Shown: positions 1 through 14,591, numbered from the stretch's first letter. The stretch: 64,000 nt of DNA from Chrysomallon squamiferum (GCA_012295275.1 CM022675.1:9362001-9426000), one strand, 5' to 3'. Made by a program: numbers and translations. The notes: generated from the sequence alone by a model not told the origin.

Positions 1-127
1 GAACAAAAATTGTTTTTTAAATAATAATAAAAAGATGTATTCAATATGGCCAAATGTTGATAGGATGTTACAGTTTTATTTTTATATGCTGTTATTTAAA
101 ACTGCAGTTTCTAATTGAAAATGTTAC

Positions 128-194
128 CGTATTAGTTTGAAGTTTTGTTTTTTCACATCATCCTGGTCTGACTCAGTGCATCTGGCAAGAATTC
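128..194 (-). CDS. ATIC: ATIC coding exon 4 (67 bp); gene continues beyond the left edge
   Basis: ttttaag acceptor and gtaaca donor. Translates (G)ILARCTESDQDDVKKQNFKLI(R), aligning to human [23 protein letters not shown]. Phases are consistent across all four exons. Confidence 0.95.
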
Positions 195-542
195 CTTAAA
201 ATAATAATTTGAAAATATTTTTAAATAATTTAAAACAGAAATTTTCAGATATTAAAAAAGAAAGAAAAGTGCATTAATTAATGATAATAAAAAAAATATA
301 TGAAAAGCTATCAATTATTTCATCTGAAATTGCTTAGTGGGTTCAGTTTTTCTCTTTTTGCACAGTTTTAATAAAATATTCATCTTAAGCAGAAGTTAAC
401 AAAAGGTTATTAACTGAAAAGGTTCAAAGAAGTAAATCTAGTAAAAAAATTTCAAACATAAAAGTAAATCTAATTTCCTTAATAATTCATAATACAGCAT
501 CCTATTAAAATTGTTTTCACCAATATATTGGTGGAAACTTAC

Positions 543-619
543 CACCGTGAATAGCTGGGTGTAGTGTTTTGACTCTTCCTCCCAACATTTCTGGAGCACC
601 AGTAATTTCTGAAACATCA
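543..619 (-). CDS. ATIC: ATIC coding exon 3 (77 bp)
   Basis: tttttttccag acceptor and gtaagt donor. Translates [25 protein letters not shown](G), containing the GRVKTLHP signature of PurH/ATIC. Confidence 0.98.
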
Positions 620-1441
620 CTGGAAAAAAAGAATGCTCATTTAATTACACAGACGTACATGTCAATAAATAAATGTAACATACTTTATTCAGTTCCATAT
701 GATTTTTAAACACATACATGCCTCTGTCTCATTTTGTTGATACTACCTGCATCATTTTGCATGAATTGGCTGTTCCATTTCACTACACAATTGTTATCTG
801 ACTGTTTGAAACTTGGTCAGTTCAGTGTCAAACTGCTAAAGACTCATGGCAGACAAAACTTCCTGCTTAATGACTTATGTTTGAGGATGGATTATGTTGA
901 CTTATTCTTAGTTAATTACTTATATCTTACACAAGAATGATGGTAAAAGTTGTCCTTAATGTGTTATTGGTATTTTTCATCCATAACTGTCTTGAAAAGC
1001 TGAGTCTTGGGATTTTAAAATAAAAATGGCCACCTGTTTACTGATCAAACAAGCATATGCTTTTGTATTCTGTGTTGATTTAATTTATACAGGTCCCTGA
1101 ACTAATTTAGCATTCTTTTTCATATCATAATTTAGTTTTGTTGTTTTTTTGCAGTTTTTTTCATTGTTCAGTTTTGCCCAGAAATATTTTTAAAGTGTAT
1201 TAGTCTTTGGTGACAAACCTTTGTCTTAAAAAGTGTTTAACTGGACAAAAATAAAGCATTTATTTCCTTAATATTCAACCTATTCACTTGATCTTAGTGT
1301 GATTTTAAAGGAGGTTCCAATGCTCATTTCTACTGTGTTACTGGTTTTCTCTTGGGTTTGAAATTATTGTCTAAATGTCTAGTATTATTACTTCAAAACG
1401 TTTGAGCTCAATTACAAAATATATATATTTTTATTTCGTAC

Positions 1442-1568
1442 CTCACTTCCAGTCCTGCATCTCTCAGGCATTTTGCAGTTCCACCTGAAGCTACTAGCTT
1501 CAAATTCTGTGAAGAAAGCTTGTTTGCAAAACTGACAATTCCAGTCTTATCAGAAACACTGAGAAGAG
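1442..1568 (-). CDS. ATIC: ATIC coding exon 2 (127 bp), IMP cyclohydrolase/MGS-like domain
   Basis: tttcag acceptor and gtacga donor. Translates (A)[41 protein letters not shown](S), containing the PurH SVSDKTG and SGGTA motifs. Confidence 0.97.
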
Positions 1569-2089
1569 CTGAAATATTTTAAATTTATGTTGTATTAATA
1601 AATGTTTTCAGAATTATTAAGTCAGACAGTGATTCAAACTAGATGGAAGAGTCTTATCAAATCCTTTGAAATCGTTATAACAATATATGAAAACTGAATA
1701 TAAGATTAATTTATACTTTTATAGGCATCGGTTTGATCGAATTAATGATCAACTGCTTAACCAATTCTCTACAATGTAACAATAGGACTTGGACTACTTC
1801 CAGTGTCTGCTACCGCTAATAAATGTCATGTGTAGTGCTTTGTTGTATATTTAAAAACAGTAAAATTTTTTTCTTTCTTTCATTCTTTCGTTCTTCTTTT
1901 TTTTTTTTAAATTTAAAAGCATCTTCATTATCATCTTTTTTATCATAAATTATTATAATTTATAGGATGTTTAAATCCAAATTAGGTCCCCTTCTGGCTG
2001 TGCATATTTAATATCAATTTAATAATTGTAAAAGTAATCATAATTCTGTGTTAAAGAACGGATCACAATTACCGTTGTTTTAAACAAAC

Positions 2090-2105
2090 CTATTTCTGAA
2101 GCCAT
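2090..2105 (-). CDS. ATIC: ATIC coding exon 1 (MASEI + first base of Ala)
   Basis: Minus strand reads ATG GCT TCA GAA ATA G|gtttgt. Phase 1 joins in frame to exon 2 giving [15 protein letters not shown], comparable to human MAPGQLALFSVSDKTG. The exon is very short, so it is less certain than exons 2-4. Confidence 0.8.
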
Positions 2106-2230
2106 ATTCACAATGAAAACTTGGAATTCTGCTCCACGTGTTTTGCAATATTCTTTGCAAGACGCTGTGGTGGAGTTATCTTTTCTTGAGTAAAAAAAAC
2201 AAACAGAACAGAGTTATCTCGCTTGGATCA
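2106..2230 (-). promoter_or_regulatory. ATIC 5' UTR/proximal promoter with CACGTG E-box
   Basis: Immediately upstream of the ATG. CACGTG at 2135-2140; GAGTTATCT repeated at 2173 and 2211. The TSS cannot be placed from sequence. Confidence 0.5.
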
Positions 2231-2828
2231 ATGTTTTATAAATTAATATTTGTAAAAAAAAAAAATTCTGATACTAAATAATTTATGTTTACATTACTTT
2301 TATTATCAATACATTTTTAAATAGTTTTATACATTAAACTGTTATTATTTATTTATTTACAAAAACAAACGAAACAAAATAAATAATAGTTACCCAATTC
2401 TCACCAAAATATTTCTATCGTTTATTTTAATATATCTAAAAATTATTGTACTACGATTACTAACGTAAATGGAGTTAGTAGAAGGTTCATAGAGAATTCT
2501 CGCAACTTCTGCTCACAGTATGTTTTATGTTAGTCCCTCATAATTCTACATCGATGTTAAGTTCGCCGAAAAAAACCACCTATAAACCCTGCCACATAAA
2601 CTTACAAATTATCCAAAACATGCATTAAAGATTATATATAATTATTATCATAATTAACGAAGAAGACACATTACAAACTACGTCTGAACAAAGGAACAAT
2701 AAATTTAATGTTGGCATTTATATGTTTCTGCTGTTTATGTTTATGTAAATAGATGTCTGTGAATGTATGTAGTATATATATAGGTAGTTTAGATAGGTAT
2801 GTATGGATGCACGTATGCATGTTAGTAA

Positions 2829-2884
<56 letters not shown>

Positions 2885-3400
2885 ACAAATAAATTAATAA
2901 ATAATTTCTTCGGAAAAACTTGAAAATACAAAAAATAACAAATAGCTAATTTTAACCACGCCTTTTAGTCTGGCACGCGCCAGGAACCACGCCCTACGCA
3001 CCACCCATTTTTCTCAAAATATGTTTCCTACCTGACAGTTCAGTTAGGCGATGACTCATTTCCTGCTTGGCAAGGAGAGAATAATAATTACTACCAACGT
3101 TTTATTATTTTCGTTTTTAAAAAGATCGACGTAGAAAATCTCTGTCATTATTTAAGAAAGAAAAGAACAACAATAAAACAACGCCGGCGACAATAACAAC
3201 AACGAGTCACTGTTAACGAAAGAAAACACTAACAGCGACGACGACAATAACAACGTAAAACCCCAAGCCATTGAAGCTGAATTTCATTCTCAGCTACGTT
3301 ACGAGGACGGTAGATAAAAAATTAATATACAAAGAAATAAACTGGAACCCTTTAAATCAACAAATAAAGAGAGAAGAGAGTAAATAAAAGTTAAGCAACA

Positions 3401-3501
<101 letters not shown>

Positions 3502-4198
3502 ACTCTCTCTCTTCTCTGTTGTAGTCTCTCTCTCGCTGTCTCTCTTTCTCTCTCTCCGTCTCTCTCACTCTCTCTCTCACGCTCTCTCTCCTCTGTTGTA
3601 GTCTCTCTCTCTCTCTGTCTGTCTCTCTCTCTCTCTCTCACTGTATATATGTGTGTGTGTGTGTGTATCATCTGTCTATCTATCCATGCATCCATCTTTG
3701 TCCATCAAACCGTATGTCTGTCTACATCTGTCTACCTACCTATGTATTAATCATTTAGTCTATTAGACTGAATACAACATGAAGTAAAATCAGTCTTCTT
3801 CTTCCTGTTTGCATTGAAAACTGTCATAAAGGAATTTTAGAAATATTTCGAAGAAACATTTCGTGAAATATAAATGTGACTAAGAGGAAACACAATTTAC
3901 AAAGATACGAGTTTATTAACTAAAATAAAAATTACAGTCTTTCCATCCCTAAGGAATTACAGGGTTAAAAAAATAATAATAAAAAAAAAAATGAAATAAA
4001 ATAAAATAAAAGAAAAGAAAAAAATAAAAAAATAAAAAAGAAAGAAAGAAAAGGAAAAAAGATACATGAATACTTCTTTTGTATATCCTTTTTAAATTTT
4101 TTTTTTTTTTAAATATATTATTATTTTTTATCATTGAGAGAGGGTGAAATTGAGTGAGATAAAGATTTAAAAAGAAAAATGAAGATAGCTACAGAGCT

Positions 4199-4268
<70 letters not shown>

Positions 4269-7260
4269 AAAAAAAAAAAAAAAAAAAAAACCCCAGATAA
4301 TTTCGACGTTTTGGTGATACCAGTAAACACTGAAAATGATGATACTATGGAGTACCAATGAACATCTGAAATTATGCAATGTAGTATCATCACTAGATTC
4401 TTCAAAATGGTGATTTACTGATGTAATATTAGTATGTGGAAACTATACACTATAGTATCAGTTTGATACGGAAATGATACTTATTAAGTATGAATGAAAA
4501 CTTGAAATAATATGATAAAACATGGAAAACGGGTATTTTTTTTCTTAACAATGATAACAACAACAGAATCGTTCTTTCTTTTTTTTTCCATTTCATCTAC
4601 GTTTTTCTTTATAATTTTCCGTCGCCTTTCGTTTTCAGTCTATAGCAATCATTATGACCGACCATACTTTAATCTCATTCTCGAAATTTCTCTTATTTGA
4701 CAAACTACATCATTTTCAAGTTGCCTAGAAACAGTGACATATTTGTTACAGAGTTATGAATGAATGGGCCGGAGTTTATTAGCGACTTCGCCATTCTAGG
4801 CTGTGTTTTTTCTTGTTCTGCTCATTCATAAAACGACGCAGAACCGATTGACCTTTGCTCGGTGCTTGTTGTTTTCGTCAGACAAAGAGTACTAAAATTG
4901 TCGCTCGGAGCTAGCTTGTCAGAACGATGAAACGAACGTTCTCCTGTTTGTTGTCATTTCTGATGTATCGTCGACCCAAAACGAACACTTCGACCGACGT
5001 TTTTATCTGTTTGTCGCTTGTAACAATTACATCCTCGTTTGTTCGTGTCGCTTAAGACAATTATAAATTGATATATGATAAAACGAATAATAATAATAAT
5101 AAAAAAAAATAAAAAATAAAAAAAAAAAATAAAGAAAGAAAAAAATAAGAATAAAAACAAGAAAAAATAATAAAGAAGAAAACATGAACGAATTCAAAAT
5201 AATAAAAAAAAAATATTATTATAAAATAGAGAAAATTAATGAAACAGAAATAATACCTCTCTCCATATTTCCATTCAAATAAAAATGCAGAAACGTTTTA
5301 TTTGCATTTCAACTTACAGTTATTTGAAAAAAAAGGTTGCAGTTGAAACAATAATTAGTTGTTACTCTGAATTCAGACAGTATAGACTTTATAATCAACT
5401 GATATTCTGAATTCAGACAGTATAGATATCAGAATGAGTTTATGTACTGAATTGAGATAAACGTACAAAACTCTTGACTCATATTCTTGTACTTCATACG
5501 GTTATAACAACCACTGATACACGGCACTTACAAAACACTAACAGCCCTCGACAGAAAGTTCAATCGTTTTTAAGACTGTAATAACTGTAGGTACATAGCA
5601 GTATTAAATCATTGATTTAATTCATATCTGTTGATGCATACTACTGTAGTGTTTACGAAAGTAATACCTGTTGACATATATATATAGATATATATATATA
5701 TTGGACTTTATATATATGTATATGTATATATTTAAAGTCCAAGTTAAACTACCGCATGATATTTTACATGCAACATTTCATTCAGTTTTTCCTTCACCTT
5801 GAAATGCATAGTTTAAGTGCAATAAAAAAAAAGTCTTCAATAAGACCTATTGTACTTAAATGACTCTGGTGAATATATTCATTGTTTTCGTGTCACCTAT
5901 ACAGGTAAACAGGTAGATACGTGAATAAATAGTCAGGTGTGTTAGTAACAGCTGGACAAAAGCCGATTGAGTGAAGTACCTGGCACTGACCGCTGCCAGA
6001 ATTAAGAATAAAAAAATGTACAAGTCTTGCACGATGAATTTTCTCATTTTAAAGTGAAATAATATACCGCAGATAAATAAATAAATAAAAACAAAACAAA
6101 GAAACAAACACGTGAACACACAGATACAAGTAAATAGATAGATAGACAAATAGATAGATATCTGTATATTAAATAGGTATATGCAGGTGTGCACTAGAAG
6201 CTTAGTATAAATGCATATACCTATTTCTCTATTTATGTGTGTGTATTATGTATATGCATATATTATTTATTACCATCTTTATATATGCATATGTCTATTT
6301 GTATATATTTGCATATGCCTGTTTCTGAATGTATGTTTATATGTATGTATGTATGTGTGTGTGTGTGTATTATGTAGATATATATATATTATTTATCACC
6401 ATCTTTATATATGCATATGTCTATTTGTATATATTTATATATTTATATTCATCACCATTGTTATCTTTACATATCAGCTTCAAACGTCTTGTGTGTTTTT
6501 AAATTTTATGGTCATTTTTTTTTTTTTTATCTTCTTCTCTCTTACACAATATCTCCCATTAAACCTGCAGCTTTTCTAAAATAAAATTAAAATAATAATA
6601 ATAATAATAAAAAAAAAAAAAAAAAGGAGAAGATTTAATATGCCTGACAAACTGAATCAAATCACGAAAGACTCGCCCCTCCCCTATGTATCTGAACCCA
6701 TCCTGTTGTAAGTATGGCTAGACGTTAACATTTTTTTATTGCTCCTTTGATAATGAAAGCATTTAGAAGTCGTCAGAAGACATAAGAGTTGCATTTTTGT
6801 TATTCATATTTACGAAAACCACTTTGTATCAAATTACCAAGCAACATAATGTTAACCGACCTCTAATGCATCCCCATTTTTAATTTGCCCTTGCAAATGT
6901 CGACTGTTAAAGTTAACTTTTATAGCTTCATGGTCGTTCTGCAAACAACATTTTCTGTTTCCGTTTATCGATAATTTTTGTGAACGTCCTTTAAATGCAT
7001 TTCGTATATTCCAGTGTTTTGTTGTTTAAATATATACATATATCTGTATATTGGCTATTTTCGTGGGGTTTTTTTAATTTTTATTTTTATTTTATTTTAG
7101 TGGCGACTAACGTCTGCTAATAATAAAGCATGAAAATACTACAAATTCAAAGATATTCTTCTCTTTTGGGTCATCAAAAAGCATTGGTGTTGCAGCATAG
7201 ACATAAATAAAGCAATGGATGTAGTTAAAAACTTAACTTTTTGGTTAAGGAGAAGTAGAG

Positions 7261-7309
<49 letters not shown>

Positions 7310-7447
7310 GAAAATTGCAACGGAAAGAAGATCTCTCTGTACACGTGTTGTGTGTGTGTGTGTGTGTTTGTGCGTGCGTGCGTGAGAATGAAAGAATGAA
7401 ATAAATCATAAAATATGTGGCTTGTGTTTAGACTATGATTACGTGCA

Positions 7448-7520
<73 letters not shown>

Positions 7521-8591
7521 CCCCTAATCCTGTAGCTGCAGTTTTTCCCTACACCAGTACCCGACGCTTACTGCTTTAAAATGCGGTTGTAATCGGAGAC
7601 AGCGCATCTATCATGACGTCCCCAGTGTACCCGGCTCAACGTTTACAAAACGTCTCTCAAAGAAGACCGGGCTATCGTACACAAGGCCGCATTGTTTGAC
7701 AGAATAGAAAAACCATTGTGCAATATATAAAACCGATTTATTTCATCAGTATTTGGGCTAGGTTGATGACGTAACTCTATACCCTGTCGTGTTTTACGAT
7801 ACCCACCGCGGCCTTAGTAACAAACGTTACAGAAAAATTACGGTCGACCTTCCGGGTCATACTTCAGCGTGATTATTTACAGCCTCACAATGAATTAAAT
7901 GCAAGTGTTTTTTACGATTTCTTTTACGATTACCGCACGTTTTAGTGTTGCGATTATTTAGTTTTTTTCTTTCACAAGGATGCTTTTTACACCAAAGAGA
8001 AATTTACAGTTGTCAAGAAATTAACTAATACTATTAAATAGCATGAAATTATAATTTTTCTTCATTGCTCCATAAAGATTAAAACTGAGTTTTTAAAAGT
8101 ACGAGTTTAAAAATGACACCGCACCGTCGTTTATATTTTGCACACGAAAGTTAAAAAAATACCGCGCTGCAGTTGGTAACGTCTGCTTTACGCAGTGTCA
8201 ATTATGACCCTAACGGTCAACCGTAGCATCTACGGGATTTGTTAGAAAATGAAAAGATCATTGTCGCTAAAAGGGAACAAGATACAACCAGATAGAAGGT
8301 TACATAACGTGCCGGTCATCCTCTAGGAAATAAATACACTCCATTCGAAAGAGAGATTAAAACTTTTGATAGAAAATCTCTCGATATCAAAGATTTGTTT
8401 GCGGCCATTGTTCCCCGGTTTGGTCGTCTGCTCGTAACTAGATGGTGAAACTAGATAGTGGGAATTTGAAAGAATAAGGACGCTTTTGTAGTAGAGATTT
8501 GTAAACATACACTTTTGATTGTGAAACATTATACTGATAAATGTGCCGACTCAATGAGATCTCGACAACTATATTTGTGGGATTTACAAAG

Positions 8592-8629
<38 letters not shown>

Positions 8630-8742
8630 GGTCAGATAAATAGTTCGTCTTGCTCTCTTTCGTTGATTTATTATCTTTATTTTCTTCGTCTCCATCTTCT
8701 TAGTCTTATTGTTATTATTATTGCTGTTGTTGTTATTGTAAC

Positions 8743-8773
<31 letters not shown>

Positions 8774-9312
8774 ATTATTATTATTATTGTTGTTGTTATT
8801 ATTATTTTTATTTTTAACCAGAACACCAACAAAACCAACAAACAAAGCACGTGGAAGTAAGTTCATTTAAGTACGTTTAACTGACTGTAATACAAAAAAC
8901 AAAAAACAAAAAAAACAACAACACAAACCAACAACAAAAAAAAAAAAAAACAACAACAAACAAACCAACAAAAAACACCCCAAAAATAAAAAATAAAAAA
9001 GAAAAAAAAAGAAAAAAAAAAGCAGGTGGTAAGTTAGATCATTAGCTTTATGAAGATAAAGATAATGAAGAAAAGTTCATGTATGAAAAAAAAACAAAAA
9101 AAAAAACATAACAAAAGAAAATAGAATGAAATAACATAAAAGACAAATAAACAGATGGATGATTGTTTGGTAGGTAGATACGCAGGTTGGTAATTGGAAT
9201 GTTAGTATATGAAATCTTTGTTTTCTTTAAGGATATGTAACTTCAGAAATGCTTTTAAAATTATTTATTTATTTATTTATTTATTTGTTTGTTTGTTTAT
9301 GTATTATTATTA

Positions 9313-9373
<61 letters not shown>

Positions 9374-9897
9374 TAAATCAGATATAATGGAACGTTACAT
9401 GTATCTTTGCAGAAAATTTATCAAAAGTTCATCCCGTTGTCTGAAATAAAAAATGAGTAAGTCATTAGTTTTATAAAAATCTATAAAATCACAAACAAAA
9501 ATTTCCTTGGAATACTTAACAATTATTGTTTTTTTATTTTAAAATATTTAATTCAGCTTATGTTGCAGAAATTAAAAAAAAAAATAAAATAATAAAAAAA
9601 AAAAAAAGATAAGAAAAGACATCTTACACTCGTTTCGTGTTGACCTGGATGGTGTTTTTAATGCGAGAGGATTTAAGAAACTGGGTCTCTACTTATTCCC
9701 CTTTTGAAACTGCACCAGTTTTTTTTTGATTTACTTCGTAAGATATAAAACATCTCATAATTTAGTGCGTTGTTAAATTTGTTTTTATTTGGGAGAAACT
9801 TAATGAAGGATAATTAACAGACGTCTCGATTAATCAAGAAAGTGTAAATAATATTCTCCTTCGTTATTTCTGTCACTGGTGGCTTTTAGTAATTCTT

Positions 9898-9968
<71 letters not shown>

Positions 9969-11018
9969 AAGAAGAAGAAGAAGAAATCACTGAAGATAAT
10001 AATTTTGTCAAAGATCAAATTTCAGACCATCTGTTTTCCCTAAAAGATGCCTGGGCCCGTCTCTGAATCTGCTTTTCCACAAGTTTGTCAGTTTCAGAGT
10101 GGTGTCAACATAAGATGTTACAGGGACTCCTCTTTGTGTCAACTATTGTGTTCGCGCGCAGACGTACACGTGATAAACAATACGTTCACGATGCAAACAT
10201 GCACCGACAGATGTCTGACTGTATGACACTGACGTCATCTGACACGTGACACGCAACAAACATAATTTATGACATGCGTCACTGAACGTAACAGGACAGT
10301 TATAAAATAGTGTTGTCTGTTATCGCGTGTCACCCGTTTTCGTAACAACGAATTTCTCACCGTGTAAAAAAATACTTTGAAATTTTCTAATTGCTATTCA
10401 CACGTCAAAAAAAAAAAAAAAAAGAGAGAGCGAAAAAAAAAAAAAAACAGAAAAAACTTGAAGAACAAATATGCAAATGTTAAAGAAAATAAACAAGCAT
10501 GAAAACGACATCGCCATATTTAATATTAAAAAAAAACTGACAGCAAAAGTATTAACAACAGCAGCAACAACAACAAGAAAAACATTACACCCGTTGAAGA
10601 TATCTTGTAAGATAATATAATCATAAATATCAACGGATTTCGAAACAAGAAGTACGATGATTCTCATTAAGAACACTACAATGTGGTTCTTCCTCCGCTA
10701 ATATAAGAATATTGATGGGGAGACAACTCCCATTTACACTGGGTGTCAAAGCCCTAAGGGCACTAAAACAAAACATTTCCCCCTTCAGCTTATATCAGGC
10801 ACGTTTGGTAAGCAGTGTCAAATTTTAAAGATAAGCTGAGAGCTGTTTGGAAAGCAGTGTCAATTTAATGTCAATGATTTCCTGGATAAACTTTTCGTGT
10901 TATCGGGCTGAACAATTTCAGTGCCAGAACCTGAGAAATGTTGAACTGTGGCTTATAAGTTAATTTATTGTTTCATTAAACTATCACAAGCCATGTAGTC
11001 GTAAAATCCTGTAATCCT

Positions 11019-11104
<86 letters not shown>

Positions 11105-11134
11105 TAATAAGAAACCCCGGCCTGAGGCCCATTA

Positions 11135-11421
11135 CACAAAATCCCTTCAAAGACAAATCCCTTTAAACAAAATCCCTTTTCGATCAAAATAAATTACTAA
11201 CAGACAAAATCCCTTTAAAAATTCCCACAAACTAAGTCCCTTCGACCAAAAGCCACACACAGTCAAAATGCCTTCGAACAAAATCCCCTCAGACAAAAAC
11301 CATTCAAATGAAAGTCCCCAAAAAACAAAAATCCCTTTTAAATAGATGAATCACAGACGACAAACTCCCCTTCAGATAAAATCCCATTAGTCAAAACCAG
11401 TGGGACCAAATGTCTGCCGTA
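11135..11421. repeat. Degenerate array of ~16-20 bp GACAAAATCCC-type units, possible non-autonomous DNA transposon remnant
   Basis: More than ten diverged direct copies of (g)acaaaatccc, ending ggaccaaatgtctgccgtac. No TIR pair or TSD seen. Confidence 0.6.
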
Positions 11422-14056
11422 CTATATTTTTATCTTTCTGACTGACATTATTTTTCCATTCATAACAAAATGACATGGGAAACTGTTTCTCTTACTGTCA
11501 AGTGTTTAGTAGATTAGATAAATGTGTCTAAGATCAGTACTAGAAATTTGGTGATAAAGATGTAGTACGTGGATAACAATAAGATTCATTGATAAATCTT
11601 AATTCATAAATATGACAAGGTCTTTGTTTTATGAATGGATGGGAAAACGCAATTAGAAAGTTAGTAAGCGTATTTTATACATAAATACAAACATACATAC
11701 ATACATAGACATGTGTGTGTGTGTTTGTGTGTTTGTGTGTGTGTGTGTGTGTGTATTCTGAATATTATACACACACTAACTTTATTAGATATAGTCTAGG
11801 GTAGAAAAATGCCCCGCCTTTGTATTGTGAACTAATTATAATTGTTTTTTTTATTTTTAAATATTAGCTTTCTTACAGCCAGAACATCACATCCCATAGC
11901 TTTTGATAAACCTGTCGTAGATCTGTGGTTGGAACGACATATGTGCTTTAACCGTCAACAGAAATAAGCACGTTTCAAATGGTATTGTTAATAATCTCTT
12001 AACACTGTTTTCTTCAGCTGATTAAAGGTGAGACAGGGTTACGTGTTTGATGAAACTCGGTGAGTGAGTTAGGCGATAGTGTCTGAATATCTGCGTACGC
12101 GGGCATGCAGAAAACATAAACACGCACATAAACATGCATCGACATAATTTTTGTAAACATAAAGTGACATGTTTATAATAAACACACATATACAAACATA
12201 CCCGCACCTACATATCTCAGCCAAAGTCGTATTACTGGGTTATCAAATGGAATGCAAAATGCATTTTTAAAATTTTACGTTGGGTGAAACTAATAAATGG
12301 TGTAAATTTATTCTACATTTGTTTTAATTAATTTTATTGAATTTTATTTATTTTTTTATTTATTTTTTATTATTATTATTATTATTTTGTTGTTTTATTT
12401 TATTTTATTTTTTAATTTTTTATTTGTTTGCTTCGAATCATAAATAATAAAGAAGTATAACAACAAAAACATAATCTGCATGTCGCCATTTGTTTTGACA
12501 TCGTGACGTCATCGTTACGAACCTGATCAACATTTCTCCTAGTGCTATCAGAAAAAAAAAAGAAAAAAAGTAGCGAATATTCCGCCTAGTACGCGATGAC
12601 CTCATAATTTTAGCGGTGAATTTGTTAAATGGCGGCTGTCAGATGTTTTGTAACTGTAATGTATTATTGTCTAACGTTGTTATTAACAATGATACGTACC
12701 TCCATAAACATTAAAAAAAAATAATAACCTGAGATCAAAAATTTGTTTTTTTTATGCCATTTACTTGAGACACCATGGATAGGTCTACATGTTAAAATAT
12801 CGCTTGTTAAGTGTATCATCAGCAGCGGGCCGTATCGGGTTTCTTATTTAAATTTTATGTTAAAAACGTACGTCTAACATCTATTGACTGTTTATATTAA
12901 ACAGAGGTATCATTAAACACTGCTTTATTATTCGTTCTTTAACATACACATATAAAGACATACTGACATGTCTCCGTACAAGCAGAAATATATTAACTCA
13001 CAGGCACAGACACGTGATCAGAATACTATACTGCTCCTGAATTGTTGATCTTACACTATTTGAAAGCGAAAGAATGAATGAACGAATGAATGAATGAATA
13101 ATAAATAAAGAAATAAAGAAGAAGAAGAAGAAATCCTTTCATAAAGATATAAATATATCCATGTTTCCACATATAGGTAGTATAATATTTATTTTATTTA
13201 TGTGTTTACACCGATCAAAAAGTCAAGGCCATCTTTAAGGATCATATTTCACTGGGCGAAGGTCAAAGGCAAAAGGTCAAACGACAATAATTATTGAAGT
13301 GGCTGACATATCGATAGGTTTGTCCACGGGGCACGGGCGAACTAATTGTCTGTCGTTGACAACATTTACATACGGAATTCGACGATCCGGGGGTAAATTT
13401 ATACAGTGTCACAAAATGCCCTGACACTGTTTCTTTTTAACCGCTTGTTATTTAATGACAGTTTTCGGTTGCAACAGCAGACGAAACGAAAATAAATAGA
13501 TAGATCGAATTGGCACGTGAAAGTTTGTCAGAAGTAAAGCAAGCGTGCTTACAAGCTATTCTAATTATAATGTTGACGCTCTGATAATGCGGGTTTCGTT
13601 TATGTTTCAATACTTGACTTTATGGCGTAATTTGTCACGATCGCAAACGAGGCTCACAAACAGAATTATCGTCGGTTTAATGTTAAAAAATAGTATCGTT
13701 TTTGAGTCTTCGTCGCATCTGGAAATAATCTTAAACATTCCCCCAATCTCTTTCTACAATGATTTTTTCTTCTTCTTCTTTCTATGAAGTTTTTAACTAA
13801 ATAACTATTATTTATTTATATATTTATTTGTAAACTTTCATATTTCCTATATAATTTTAATTCTGTATCGGTACTTTGTTAAATATATATATTTTTAATT
13901 GTTTACGCTTGTTTTTAAAATAAACTGTTTAATACATTTTTATTTTTATTTATTCTATTTTATCATATTTGTGGCGTGTTTCGGTTAATGTTATATGTAC
14001 GTGTAAATGTGTGCGCGCGTGATTGATGAATATTGTAAATATAGGAATGATCTCCC

Positions 14057-14104
<48 letters not shown>

Positions 14105-14425
14105 AGGGACACAATATTGTCTCTTAGTTCAACTTTTGTCTCAAACAATTCGTTTGAACGGAATGCTAAAAAAAAAAAAAAAAAAAAAATGCAAATGGCG
14201 GGCAACGGTCTGCAGGATGACCGTTAAGAACGAAACATGTCACAAAAATCGTTCAAATATTTCTACGTGCTGTGTGAACCAGTAGACCGAGCGTTAAGAA
14301 ATCTCGACGGACGGCTAAGTCACTCTAATCCGCGTGTTGAAGATGGCAAAGAAATATCCAGTGTTTTTAACACCACTGGTTCAAATAAAACACAGATGTC
14401 CATTTGGAATTTGGTAAATTTCCAG

Positions 14426-14490
14426 CAGCTTAGTGGTTAGAAAATGATGCTTTTCCGACGCGGTACATTGCTAGATCGATCCTCTTGAGT
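14426..14490 (+). mobile_element. Possible decayed tRNA-derived SINE head
   Basis: A-box-like cAGCTTAGTGG at 14426-14436 and B-box-like GATCGATCC at 14474-14482, 48 nt start-to-start (tRNA-like spacing). No cloverleaf or tail recognised. Confidence 0.3.
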
Positions 14491-14560
14491 GCGACAGTGT
14501 CCTTTCTTATCGTAAACAAACAATTTAATAAAATAATAATAATAATAAAATAAATAAATA

Positions 14561-14591
<31 letters not shown>

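Noticed and set aside
438-620. 60-aa minus-strand ORF
   Set aside because: Wrong-frame overlap of ATIC exon 3.
1814-1829. Alternative ATIC exon 1 (MTFIS + G|gtagca, minus strand)
   Set aside because: Weaker donor and a poorer N-terminal match than MASEI at 2105-2090.
10115-10220. MLQGLLFVSTIVFA.. signal-like ORF with a gtatga donor
   Set aside because: Splicing to exon 2 would create T+AA = stop, and the hydrophobic core is short.
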